This document shows positions 17,813-27,521 of a stretch of 64,000 nucleotides of DNA, in pieces. The notes beneath the pieces were generated by a model that saw nothing but the letters and a program-made list of their open reading frames with translations, searched no databases and had not been told where the DNA came from. Position numbers and translations under genes: made by a program. The stretch comes from Candidatus Liptonbacteria bacterium (GTDB taxonomy: Bacteria > Patescibacteriota > Minisyncoccia > UBA6257 > JACOXY01). The stretch's first letter is position 1. Each line of letters begins with the position of its first letter. The DNA lies in assembly GCA_016182095.1 (NCBI GenBank), contig JACOXY010000012.1, positions 25,864 to 89,863 on the forward strand, read 5' to 3'.

Positions 17813-20173
17813 TTAGTCTCTCAATCTATCATAAACCCTTTGCTCTACCTCCTCTCTTGGGCGACCATATTTTAAGGAGTTCATTTCTTTGAGCTTAGCG
17901 GCATACTCCGGATTATGGATATACGTCAAAGGAATTTTTATGTTAAACGGCCTTGAAGTCCCACCGCTTATTAAAAGCCGCGTGTAGGCGTTTAAGTTAT
18001 CAATGTTTATCAAATCATTCTGGTTAAAAGTGGGCTCAAAAAGCTTGAGCAATGTTTCGGCGTCAGGCGGACCAACGCGGAAAGCAATAGATGTCCCAAC
18101 GTTGCCGAAAACGGCATCACGAATTTTCTCCGTAAGCTGGGCGACATATTGATGCGCCACAATTAAGTTTAGGCGGTATTTTCGCGCCTCGGCTAAGATA
18201 GTCGCGATTGAATCCGTCGTAAAATTCTGAAATTCGTCTATATACATGTAAAAATCGCGGCGCGCGTTCTCACCAGTCGTGTCGGCGCGTGAAAAAGCCG
18301 CCATCTGCAATTTGCCGGTTATTATCATGCCCAAAAGATTTGAGCCCAACTCCCCAATTTTCCCTTTAGAAAGATTCACTAGCAATATCTTCCCTTCATC
18401 CATCACGTCCCTAAACTTAAACACTGATTTCGGTTGGGCTATAATGGGCCGCATATAATCATTGGCGATAAAACTGTTGAACTTTGAAGTAAAGTATGGC
18501 GCCGTGTTTTCTAATGAGTACTCCCCTTTTACTTTAGACGCTTCTTTTTCCCAAAAATCTTTCACTAATGGATTTTTGCATTTCGCGACTAGGCGATTTC
18601 TAAAATCGCTATCGGTAAACACTCGCGGCACATCAACTAAGGTTGCGCCTTCCTCCGGGTCGTCCATTAAAAGAAAGAGGGCGTTTGAAGCGTAGCGCAA
18701 AAACATCGGACCACCGACTAATTTCATGTCAAAAAGCCGATCAAAAATAAGCATGAGTTCGTCCACTATAAAAGATCTTTGCTCCGGTTTTGCGGGATCA
18801 TATTCCAGCATATTCAGCCCCAATGGCCTTGCTAAATCTCCGGGATCAAAAATAATCAGGTCGTCCACGCGCTTTTCCGGAATTGCCTGGAGAAGATTTT
18901 CTATTAAATCGCCATTGGGGTCCAAGACCGCCACGCCTTTTCCGTCCTTAATATCCTTCATCGCCATATTGTAAATTATTGTGGATTTTCCGGTGCCAGT
19001 CTGGCCAACAATATAAACATGGCGGCGGCGATCCTCGTCTAATATAAAAACCGGCTTTGATTCCCCGCGAAAACTCGTCTCGCCTATAAATATGCCGCTG
19101 GTTGGAAGGTTAGTGGGCGGCGCCGCTTCTTTGGCCTTGAGCCATTTAATGCGGGGTATATTGGTGCTTCCGGTCGGCAGATGGAAAAAGCTCGCCATCT
19201 CTTCGCTATTCACGATGATTGCCTGACTGTCGTGAAATTCCCTAAAGGCAAATTGATAGGCAAGCTTGTCCACATTTCTTGGTTTAACAATTTTAAAATT
19301 ATTCCTGAAAGGCGCGCTAAATTGCGAAAATCCGGTCATGAGTCCGTCAACAATCGCATCAGCGTGCATTTTATTAGGACTTGAAGCTATAAGCCGCACA
19401 TTAACCAGGAAAAGCGGCTTGGCAATCTTCGCCTCAAAAGCTTTTACAGCGGATTCGTCTATGATTTTGGATTTTGGTTCTTTTTCATTCTTTTTCTGCG
19501 CGAATGATTTGGCTATGTCTCCAAAAGTTGGCACAGTTTTTAAAATATCTTTTAGCGGAGTTCCCTCCTTTAATCTGTTTAGGGCGTTTTGAATAGATTT
19601 TTTAGCGCTCTTCGGAGCCGGCTTAACCAATACTTGAATAGCGGCACCCTCGCCAATTTCATCCAACCTGGAAAGTCCGCCGACTATTTGGCTAAAAGAG
19701 TCCGCCTCCAGTTCCGCGTAAGTTCTAATGGGAAGAGCGTAGTTTTCCTTTTGGGCTACGTAAAGCGCGGCAACCGTGCCATGAGAATTAAAAATATTGT
19801 AATCGGAAGCTTTTTTAACTTGCGCGTCCGGCCAAATGCTCTGAATTTGCTTTGCCACCGACTCCGCTATATCTCTGTGAACTCCTATATAAAAGTGAAT
19901 ATCTTCGCCAATGTGATGCACCGCCGCCTCTAAAATAAATGGGGTTTTAAGGGAAGAGAGCGCGGAGTAAAGTTGTTCCGAGGCATTTATTTCTTCCTTG
20001 ATATTTTTTGGTTCGCCTTCTTTTTTAGAGCTTCGCGCAAGCTGTACTGAAAAAAGTTCCAGTTCCAAAGAGTGTATCAGCCGCTTATGGCGAGATTTTT
20101 TATATAGAAAATAGGCGCCCCATCCCAAAAGAGCCAAGCCAGCTATTATCAATACCAAGCGAATGTTGCCCAT
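17813..20173 (-). CDS. VirD4/TraG/TraD-like (or FtsK/HerA-like) P-loop ATPase with an N-terminal TM helix
   Basis: N-terminal TM helix; Walker A GQTGTGKST; Walker B-like IDEFQNF; large N-terminal extracytoplasmic-like domain. The family is common in CPR as T4SS-like coupling proteins. Confidence 0.6.
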   Translation of the reverse strand: MGNIRLVLIIAGLALLGWGAYFLYKKSRHKRLIHSLELELFSVQLARSSKKEGEPKNIKEEINASEQLYSALSSLKTPFILEAAVHHIGEDIHFYIGVHRDIAESVAKQIQSIWPDAQVKKASDYNIFNSHGTVAALYVAQKENYALPIRTYAELEADSFSQIVGGLSRLDEIGEGAAIQVLVKPAPKSAKKSIQNALNRLKEGTPLKDILKTVPTFGDIAKSFAQKKNEKEPKSKIIDESAVKAFEAKIAKPLFLVNVRLIASSPNKMHADAIVDGLMTGFSQFSAPFRNNFKIVKPRNVDKLAYQFAFREFHDSQAIIVNSEEMASFFHLPTGSTNIPRIKWLKAKEAAPPTNLPTSGIFIGETSFRGESKPVFILDEDRRRHVYIVGQTGTGKSTIIYNMAMKDIKDGKGVAVLDPNGDLIENLLQAIPEKRVDDLIIFDPGDLARPLGLNMLEYDPAKPEQRSFIVDELMLIFDRLFDMKLVGGPMFLRYASNALFLLMDDPEEGATLVDVPRVFTDSDFRNRLVAKCKNPLVKDFWEKEASKVKGEYSLENTAPYFTSKFNSFIANDYMRPIIAQPKSVFKFRDVMDEGKILLVNLSKGKIGELGSNLLGMIITGKLQMAAFSRADTTGENARRDFYMYIDEFQNFTTDSIATILAEARKYRLNLIVAHQYVAQLTEKIRDAVFGNVGTSIAFRVGPPDAETLLKLFEPTFNQNDLINIDNLNAYTRLLISGGTSRPFNIKIPLTYIHNPEYAAKLKEMNSLKYGRPREEVEQRVYDRLRD

Positions 20174-20286
20174 ATTCTGCCATGCGTTCTTCTGAATACA
20201 ATGAAGAATCTTTAGAGAAATTCTTCCCGTTATTCAGGATGACAACGCTATCGCCAATTTTTTATTTTTGAAATTTAATTTTAATT

Positions 20287-20703
20287 TCAACCTGAAGCGC
20301 CTTGCATCTCAAGTTGTGGCATTACCTTATCAGTAAGCGCGTCATGCAAAGCATCCACAACAAACGAACCATGCCGCCAAGCTTCGTGAACACTTTCATC
20401 TATACTTTTGGTAAGCGCCAGATGAATCAATTTTTCCACTTCTTCTTTAATCTCCTCCGGCTCCGTTTTCATGTATTCGGGGAGCATTTTATCTTCGTCA
20501 TGGTCGTTAATTGGACCCGCCTGAATCGTTGAAGCTGATTGCGAAGGCAGCCCAAACACCTGTTTTATTGACTCTTTTACAACATCACGTGGCGCGGCAT
20601 TCTCAAATTCAGCGGACTTTTTGAGTTGTTCGGCTTTTTCGCGAATGCGCTCTATATCTTCTTGGGGAAAACTTTCTGAATTTTGTGTATTGATTTCTGG
20701 CAT
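20287..20703 (-). CDS. acidic hypothetical protein
   Basis: 138-aa ORF, no recognisable motif. Confidence 0.4.
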   Translation of the reverse strand: MPEINTQNSESFPQEDIERIREKAEQLKKSAEFENAAPRDVVKESIKQVFGLPSQSASTIQAGPINDHDEDKMLPEYMKTEPEEIKEEVEKLIHLALTKSIDESVHEAWRHGSFVVDALHDALTDKVMPQLEMQGASG

Positions 20704-20802
20704 GATGATATAATTATATCATACATGAAGCTGAATTTTAAATTATCAATTTCAAATCAAATTTTAATTTAAACATTAAATTGAAACTGGAAATTTACAA
20801 AA

Positions 20803-22458
20803 ATGACTAGGTACATTTTCATTGTTGGCGGCGTAATGTCGGGCATAGGCAAGGGCGTCGCTACCGCTTCTATCGCGCGTATTTTGGAAGACCGCGGTTT
20901 CAAGTGCACCGCGGTTAAGATTGACCCCTACATCAACGTTGACGCAGGAACAATGAATCCGGTAGAGCACGGCGAGGTATATGTTACTGAAGACGGCGTG
21001 GAGACCGACCAAGATATCGGAAATTACGAACGTTTCTTGAATAAAAACATCTACCGTGATAACTACATGACAACCGGCCTAGTTTACCAAACGGTCATTA
21101 ACCGCGAGCGCAATCTGGAGTATGGCGGCAAGTGCGTGGAGGTGGTGCCGCACATTCCAGAAGAGGTGATTTCAAGAATTGAAAATGCGGGACAAAAAGC
21201 GAAAGCGGATTTTGTAATGATTGAAATCGGAGGCACCGTCGGAGAATATCAAAATCTTTTATTTTTGGAAGCCGGCAGAATGATGAAGCTTCGCCATCCG
21301 GAAGCGGTCATGTTTGTTTTAGTAAGCTATTTGCCGGTTCCAGACATGATTGGCGAAATGAAAACCAAGCCGACGCAATACGCCGTCCGCACTTTAAATG
21401 GAGCGGGCATCCAGCCGGATATCGTGCTCGCAAGAGCGGTGGTGCCGCTTGATAAGCCGCGCAAAGAGAAAATTTCAACTTTCTGCAATGTAATGCCGGA
21501 AGATATTATCTCCGCGCCGGATGTAAAAAATATTTATGAAATTCCAATTAATTTTGAAAAAGAGAATTTATCATGGCGTATTCTTAAAAAATTTGGCCTT
21601 AAACCTGGGCGAAATAATGGCAAAAAGTGGCGCTCATTTTATAATAAAACCATTTCCGCGAAAAAAATAGTCAAAATCGGAATTACCGGAAAATATTTTT
21701 CAAGCGGCAATTTTACTCTGGCAGATTCATATCTTTCGGTAATTGAGGCCATAAAGCACGCGTCAGCTCACATTGGAGTGAAGCCCGAAATTCACTGGCT
21801 CGACGCCGAGAGTTTTGAAAAAATGCCGTCACGATTAAAGAGTTTGGGCGAACATCACGGCATTATAGTTCCGGGCGGTTTTGGCTCGCGCGGAGTAGAG
21901 GGAAAAATCAAAGCCATAAAATACGCGCGCGAAAATAAAATACCTTTTCTGGGGCTCTGCTATGGCCTGCAACTTGCTATCGTTGAATTTGCAAGAAATA
22001 TGTGCGGCCTCACGGGAGCGCACACGACAGAAGTGAACCAAAGCACCAAACACCCCGTAATCCACGTCCTGCCGGAACAGGCGCAAAACGTAAAGTCACA
22101 AAAGAATTTGGGTGGGTCAATGCGCTTGGGTGCTTATCCATGTAAACTAGCCAAAGGAACTCTTGCCCATGCCGCCTATAAGCAAAATTTGATTACCGAA
22201 AGACACCGTCATAGATATGAGGTGAATAACGATTATAGGGACTCCCTAGAAGAGATGGGGCTCACAATATCAGGATTAAATCCAGAGAAAAATCTGGTAG
22301 AAATCATAGAGCTTCCGACCTCCTCCGCTAAGGGCTATGGCGGTCAAGCAAAAACACATCCGTTTTTCCTGGCGACGCAATTTCACCCGGAGTTTAAATC
22401 AAGACCACTTGATCCTCACCCATTGTTTGTACAATTTATCAAAGCGGCTATAAAATAA
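20803..22458 (+). CDS. pyrG: CTP synthase
   Basis: MTRYIFIVGGVMSGIGKG N-terminus; C-terminal GATase domain with GLCYGLQ. Confidence 0.9.
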   Translation: MTRYIFIVGGVMSGIGKGVATASIARILEDRGFKCTAVKIDPYINVDAGTMNPVEHGEVYVTEDGVETDQDIGNYERFLNKNIYRDNYMTTGLVYQTVINRERNLEYGGKCVEVVPHIPEEVISRIENAGQKAKADFVMIEIGGTVGEYQNLLFLEAGRMMKLRHPEAVMFVLVSYLPVPDMIGEMKTKPTQYAVRTLNGAGIQPDIVLARAVVPLDKPRKEKISTFCNVMPEDIISAPDVKNIYEIPINFEKENLSWRILKKFGLKPGRNNGKKWRSFYNKTISAKKIVKIGITGKYFSSGNFTLADSYLSVIEAIKHASAHIGVKPEIHWLDAESFEKMPSRLKSLGEHHGIIVPGGFGSRGVEGKIKAIKYARENKIPFLGLCYGLQLAIVEFARNMCGLTGAHTTEVNQSTKHPVIHVLPEQAQNVKSQKNLGGSMRLGAYPCKLAKGTLAHAAYKQNLITERHRHRYEVNNDYRDSLEEMGLTISGLNPEKNLVEIIELPTSSAKGYGGQAKTHPFFLATQFHPEFKSRPLDPHPLFVQFIKAAIK

Positions 22459-22505
22459 TCTACCTCATAGCGAGCTACGAGGCATTACGGACTAAAATAA
22501 ATATT

Positions 22506-22703
22506 ATGATTGAGAAATTATCAAAGGAAAAGCGGGGAAAGTATAAATATACCTATATAGATTATAAAACCAAGGAGATAGTTTTTGAGTGCGTAACTGA
22601 TAATATTCTTGAAGCCGACAAACAATATGAAGACGCGATTGGTAAAAACCCCGCAAAGCAATCTGGTGTCGGCTGTGCCATTGAACTAGCGACAGAAAAA
22701 TAA
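22506..22703 (+). CDS. small hypothetical protein
   Basis: 65-aa ORF downstream of pyrG. Confidence 0.3.
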   Translation: MIEKLSKEKRGKYKYTYIDYKTKEIVFECVTDNILEADKQYEDAIGKNPAKQSGVGCAIELATEK

Positions 22704-22730
22704 AAAATCGCTCCGGAGAAGTCGGAGCAT

Positions 22731-22919
22731 TTAAGGTTTCTTTTTTTCGCCAACTTTTTCTAAAAATTCTCTAATGGCTTTAGCGCGATCTTGGTCGCTC
22801 GGAGCAAGCCTCGTTCTTACCAGTGCATCGTAAATCAACCTGTCATTAACGCTAAAATTATTTTCCAGCAATTTTTTCATATCTTCGTTTGAGAAAAATC
22901 TATCGACTACCATCATCAC
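22731..22919 (-). CDS. small hypothetical protein
   Basis: 62-aa ORF. Confidence 0.3.
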   Translation of the reverse strand: MMMVVDRFFSNEDMKKLLENNFSVNDRLIYDALVRTRLAPSDQDRAKAIREFLEKVGEKKKP

Positions 22920-23265
22920 AAAAAACTCCTTTGTCTTTTCACTGGGGAATCCGCAGTTTTATGCTATTTCAAGTATAACACAGATTCCAAAATTTAATCC
23001 AGCAAGCCCTTTTCAATAATGATGGGTGGACTATTAAATTCTCCGGCCACCAAAAACCCTAGCGCAAAACTAGTAGTACTGACAATAAATATAATCGCAA
23101 ACCAGACAATCTCTTTTTTCAATTTTCTCTTTTTTTCTATTGTATCTTCGAAAAACATCTAACAATCCAAAATTCAAAAGGCAAAAGTCAAAATTTAAAG
23201 TAAAAAGTCTTTAAGTTTTAAAACTTTTGGATTTTGAATTATAATTTTGAATTTTGATTTTTGAC

Positions 23266-23985
23266 TTAAAATGACAAATATTTCTCCCACTTCTCATAAA
23301 GCTCCGCGGTGGCTTTGATATCTCGGATATTATATTCAACAATTTCCTTGATTTTGCCTTCGGAATAAAGTCTCTTTACGTCATCACCCGAAACCCCCTC
23401 TTCCTTTGGACTTGTAATCCCAAACGCCCTGGTCCAAAAATGGAGCGAGAACGGTTTTCTCATCGCTCCGTAAAATGTAAGCTGATCCTGCAAGTCAACA
23501 TGCATCGCGTCATAATCCTGATAAGAATTGTACCGGTTTTTTAAAAGATTCTTACTGGGGCGGATGCCGTGGATTGCCGAACGTATCATAAGGAAAGGCG
23601 CGTCCATCCCCCTCCCGTTAAATGTGATGAAGGTATTGTATTTTTTAGCAACTTCCCAGAATTTTCCTAAAATTTCTTTTTCGCCTCCCAACTCAATCTG
23701 GATTTCATCTCCCAACGCTTCCTGCATTTTTTGCTTGTTTTTGTTATCGTTGCTCCCGCTATTATTAGCAAACACCACGCCCTTTTTTGTGTCGGGATTG
23801 AAACATCCAATCACAATAACCTCTCCGGTTAGTGGCCAAAAGCCGAGCTTATCTTTCCTTTCCTCTGCCTCCGCATCATCCTTACTTACACGCGCGAAAT
23901 ACGTCTCGAGCTGCTTTCTGGAAGTCTCGTCCAGTAAGTCAAAATCCACGCCTACGGTTTCAATGTCTAAGACTAGTTTACTCAT
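23266..23985 (-). CDS. DEDDy-type 3'-5' exonuclease (RNase H-like fold, PolB-exo/YprB-like)
   Basis: LVLDIETVG (Exo I), FNGRGMDAPFL and YNIRDI (Exo III, YxxxD) motifs. Confidence 0.6.
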   Translation of the reverse strand: MSKLVLDIETVGVDFDLLDETSRKQLETYFARVSKDDAEAEERKDKLGFWPLTGEVIVIGCFNPDTKKGVVFANNSGSNDNKNKQKMQEALGDEIQIELGGEKEILGKFWEVAKKYNTFITFNGRGMDAPFLMIRSAIHGIRPSKNLLKNRYNSYQDYDAMHVDLQDQLTFYGAMRKPFSLHFWTRAFGITSPKEEGVSGDDVKRLYSEGKIKEIVEYNIRDIKATAELYEKWEKYLSF

Positions 23986-24438
23986 ACCCAGTATCAACTT
24001 CCAGCATGATTTATTTTTTATAAAAATAAATCATTATACCAGAAATTAATTTAATGTTTATTGATAGTTAATCACTATCCCATGAACTATTTTTTGCCCA
24101 CAACACTGGAAGTTGTATTACTGGGCATGAGCAAAGTATAGGCCACAAACATGATATTGCGCAAATTGCGGTTATATATTATACTTTTTAGCGTTAAGTA
24201 CTGGGGTGAAGGATGCGCTCGTTGGTCATTAATGCCCCTCGGACATGGCATCCCATCACTAAATTTCGAAAACTATAGAAATGACTCCCAGCACTATTTG
24301 TTGGCAACACTATTGCTAAAATATTGTTTTACCATAGAAGCGCCTGCGGCTTCGATATTGGTGAAATAATGTTCTACAACAAATAGGGCTGGATGCTCAT
24401 TTTTGTAGTTAAATTTTACAAGTAAAATTTAAACAAAA

Positions 24439-24717
24439 ATGGCACATACTAAAGCCGGCGGATCTACAAAGTTAGGCAGGGACTCCGCTTCAAAAAGACT
24501 GGGGGTAAAAATCAATCATGGCCAAAATGTAAAAGTTGGCCAAGTTATAGTCCGCCAAAGAGGCACCCATTACGTTCCTGGCGTGAATGTTAAACGCGCC
24601 GGAGATGATACGCTAGTAGCCCTAAAAAGTGGCGTTGTACAGTTTTATAAGAAAGTCAAAATCCACTTTGATGGCAATAAGAAAAAAATGACTTTCGTGA
24701 AAGTACTCACCAAATAA
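24439..24717 (+). CDS. rpmA: 50S ribosomal protein L27
   Basis: [24 protein letters not shown] signature. Confidence 0.9.
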   Translation: MAHTKAGGSTKLGRDSASKRLGVKINHGQNVKVGQVIVRQRGTHYVPGVNVKRAGDDTLVALKSGVVQFYKKVKIHFDGNKKKMTFVKVLTK

Positions 24718-24735
24718 CTTGAAAACTTGAAATAA

Positions 24736-24758
24736 AATCGCCGCCCATGGCGATTTTT
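24736..24758 (+). terminator. rho-independent terminator of rpmA
   Basis: atcgccgcc-catgg-cgat followed by ttttt. Confidence 0.6.
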
Positions 24759-24851
24759 AATTATATTAATAACAGAAATTTAACAAATAAGCACAAGTAT
24801 CCTGCGAGTTAATTCTCAAATTCTTAAGAATTTGAGAATAGATAAGACAGA

Positions 24852-24882
24852 AAAACAGCGCCCGCGTGGGCGCTTTTGAATT
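24852..24882. terminator. bidirectional terminator hairpin
   Basis: gcgccc-gcgt-gggcgc with a T run on the minus strand; just downstream of the minus-strand gene 24882..25268. Confidence 0.55.
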
Positions 24883-25268
24883 TAGTCGCATTCTTCTTCT
24901 TTGAAACCAGCCGGAACGGTTTTTTCTTGCATCACTAGACGAACGCTTCGGGTTTTCTTTAATACAATTTCCGCTCCGCAAAATGGGCAAAAGCGCATCT
25001 CTGCTTCCGCCGTGGATAATCCACTTGCTTGCGATGGCGAGAGAATGACCTTCAGCTCTCCGCGCACAATCAGATTTATTCCTGGCTTTGAGTTGTAAGC
25101 ATCGCTCTCACAATTAAAGTCACTTACCTTGTGATTGCCTGTATACCGAAAAGTTTCTTCGAAACTCTCACAGCATGGCTCCAAATTATCAAATCTTTCC
25201 CCGTAACCATAGCCACCCTGAATAGTTGCCGATTTATAACCAACAACACACTGCCGCTCGCCAGACAT
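24882..25268 (-). CDS. hypothetical protein with a C-terminal zinc ribbon
   Basis: CPFCGAEI plus upstream CC motifs. Confidence 0.45.
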   Translation of the reverse strand: MSGERQCVVGYKSATIQGGYGYGERFDNLEPCCESFEETFRYTGNHKVSDFNCESDAYNSKPGINLIVRGELKVILSPSQASGLSTAEAEMRFCPFCGAEIVLKKTRSVRLVMQEKTVPAGFKEEECD

Positions 25269-25430
25269 TTGATCTCTCTACCACCCTTCAAAAATTCTGA
25301 AGTAATAGTAGCATATTACAAGTTGATTTGCAATACTTCTGCATATACCCTACACATATTCAAAATATCTCCAAAAATCCTTATCAATAACATTGTGACA
25401 TTCGCCATAATGTCATAATGTTATTTTGCG

Positions 25431-25874
25431 TCATTTATTCTCCTCGGCGATAACGCACACCCAGATTTTTGTCTTTATGCCAAATCCTAGATCTATTTCA
25501 ACCTGGTGTTCGCCTAATGCTTTGAGCGGCTTCTCCATATCAACTTTGGAGTCTATGCCCTTTTTCTTTAGCTCTGCTTCAATTTCTTTGGCGCCAATCG
25601 CAGCAAATAACTCCCCCTTCTTGCCGGTTTTTACTTTGAATTCTAACGGCTTCTCCCCTAATTCTTTCGCAAGCGCCGCTAATTTTTCTTTTTGCTCCTT
25701 TCTTTCTTCTTCTACTTTCTGTTTTCTATTTTCTAAATTCTTAATTTCCTCCGTCGTCGCCGGTTTTGCAAGCCCGCGCGCAATCAAAAAATTCTTCGCG
25801 TAGCCGTCCGACACGTCTTTTATCTCGTTTTTCTTCCCTACTTTACGAACATCTTGCAGAAGGATTATTTTCAT
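25431..25874 (-). CDS. rplI: 50S ribosomal protein L9
   Basis: MKIILLQDVRKVGKKNEIKDVSDGYAKNFL signature. Confidence 0.85.
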   Translation of the reverse strand: MKIILLQDVRKVGKKNEIKDVSDGYAKNFLIARGLAKPATTEEIKNLENRKQKVEEERKEQKEKLAALAKELGEKPLEFKVKTGKKGELFAAIGAKEIEAELKKKGIDSKVDMEKPLKALGEHQVEIDLGFGIKTKIWVCVIAEENK

Positions 25875-27499
25875 TGCGTATTTTTTTGAAAATATGATTT
25901 AGTGTCTACCCCCTCCGTGTACTCTACCTTAAAGGAAAGCTTGTTGTCGGCTGATTTTTTTACCCATATGTTGCCTATGTTGGATGGCATGTCAGGAGCT
26001 ATGACATTAAAGCCGAATACTTTTGATAATTTTTCCGCAATACCTGTCGGTTGTCCCGTATTACACGACACTAAAATAAGCGTTGCGTCATCCTCAAAAA
26101 ACTTTTTACTTCTTTTGACTCCCCTGCCCCGTAGATCATCACTGAATAAATATGAGCGTTTAGAACCATCGCCGAATTTGATACTGTTAATCGTGCCGTG
26201 ACCGCCAATAATTGCAAAGGAGATCTTGTGTCTTTTGCCATATCTTCTGTCAAGCTCAATAAGCCGGCGCCCAATTTCTATCTTGCTCCCCGCCTCAACA
26301 GTCCTTAGGGAGTGCGTGTCTTTTAGCGCGGAATATAAATTAGCGAAAACACGCCGACCTCCATAGAAAGCACCGGTGTTATCGTCCTGCGGATATAGAA
26401 TAATGCCGTATGGCTTTTCAATGTCGTCTCGTTCTTCGTATTGCGACAGCAACATTTCTTCGGGATAGCGGCCAAAGTCTTTTATTCCGAATTCTTTCTG
26501 TAAAGCCCGCGCTGCGCCAGGACTACTTTTTTCAATTGATCTGATTGCCCAAAGATTGGCAAGGAGATAGTTGTGCAGAAATAGCCGACTATCTTCCTCC
26601 GAATAAGCCGTTTGTAGCCAGATTTTTAACAGAGAATCGGGATCGTCCAACCCGTAAAACTCCACGATCTTTTTGATCACCTTTTGAGTTGACCCTATCG
26701 GAACGCCGTCCGCTTGCCGCTTATTTATAAGCATCCGCAATGCATAACTTGCTGAGGGCAATTCCTTTGAAAAAGCTCGCACCAATAACTCCAGGGCCCC
26801 GCGTACCACCTCCTTCCCATACGAATAATCTATAAAGCGTGCAAGCAGGGATACACTGCGATCTGACAGCAAATCAACGACATTTTCGTGGTAATCCAAT
26901 GCCTGCGTGGCGCGCTCAATTTTAGCGATTTGCCCCTCCATCAACGATTTAATCAATGATTCAATTGCGGGGAAATTTTCAATAATAAAATTATCCCCAA
27001 AATCAATCCACCTTAAAATATCATCTATATCGCTCCCGTTTTCATGAGCTACCTCCTCGCGGGAAATAGCTATCATTTCCTGAATTGCTTCAAGCGCGGC
27101 TATTTTATTATGCTCCCTGCCATCAGAGTTTATTAGCTTCTCAAAAGTTGGCATGCTATCCGCAATGATGCCGCAAAAAAATTTCCGCGCCTCATGCCGA
27201 GCCACACTGGGTATCCATGCAAGAAAGCTAAGGTTCCAGAGCATCTTCTCGAACGACTCTTCTGATTGAAGACCTTCGCGAATGATCGCTTTCTCGCGCG
27301 TGATTTTTAAAAGATACTTTTCTGCTTCTTGCCGCAATGTCTGGCTACCAGCTTTTGATACTTTATTTTCAGGCGAAAGATTCTCGATACTAAAAAAATC
27401 AAAAATATCTTTATATATGTGTTCATATTTCTCCGGATCTGATTTCTGCTCTTTACGCTCTGCTGGGGTGATATTTTTTTCTAATTTCTCTCCCTCCAT
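25871..27499 (-). CDS. large helical-repeat protein with a C-terminal caspase-fold (CHAT/gingipain-like) His-Cys domain
   Basis: C-terminal ~230 aa carry AIIGGHG (His) and TLILVSCNTGQ (Cys) in the order and spacing typical of CHAT/C11/C25 peptidases; stop codon overlaps the rplI start. Confidence 0.45.
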   Translation of the reverse strand: MEGEKLEKNITPAERKEQKSDPEKYEHIYKDIFDFFSIENLSPENKVSKAGSQTLRQEAEKYLLKITREKAIIREGLQSEESFEKMLWNLSFLAWIPSVARHEARKFFCGIIADSMPTFEKLINSDGREHNKIAALEAIQEMIAISREEVAHENGSDIDDILRWIDFGDNFIIENFPAIESLIKSLMEGQIAKIERATQALDYHENVVDLLSDRSVSLLARFIDYSYGKEVVRGALELLVRAFSKELPSASYALRMLINKRQADGVPIGSTQKVIKKIVEFYGLDDPDSLLKIWLQTAYSEEDSRLFLHNYLLANLWAIRSIEKSSPGAARALQKEFGIKDFGRYPEEMLLSQYEERDDIEKPYGIILYPQDDNTGAFYGGRRVFANLYSALKDTHSLRTVEAGSKIEIGRRLIELDRRYGKRHKISFAIIGGHGTINSIKFGDGSKRSYLFSDDLRGRGVKRSKKFFEDDATLILVSCNTGQPTGIAEKLSKVFGFNVIAPDMPSNIGNIWVKKSADNKLSFKVEYTEGVDTKSYFQKNTQ

Positions 27500-27521
27500 A
27501 TCTTTTTATGGTTAGCTTTGG

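Noticed and set aside
23150-23265. Possible CRISPR array in AT-rich low-complexity DNA (aaaattcaaaaggcaaaagtcaaaattt…ttttgaattttgatttttgac)
   Set aside because: Only irregular simple-sequence repetition, with no constant-length repeat/spacer periodicity and no cas genes. It is more likely a promoter or UP-element-like AT tract.
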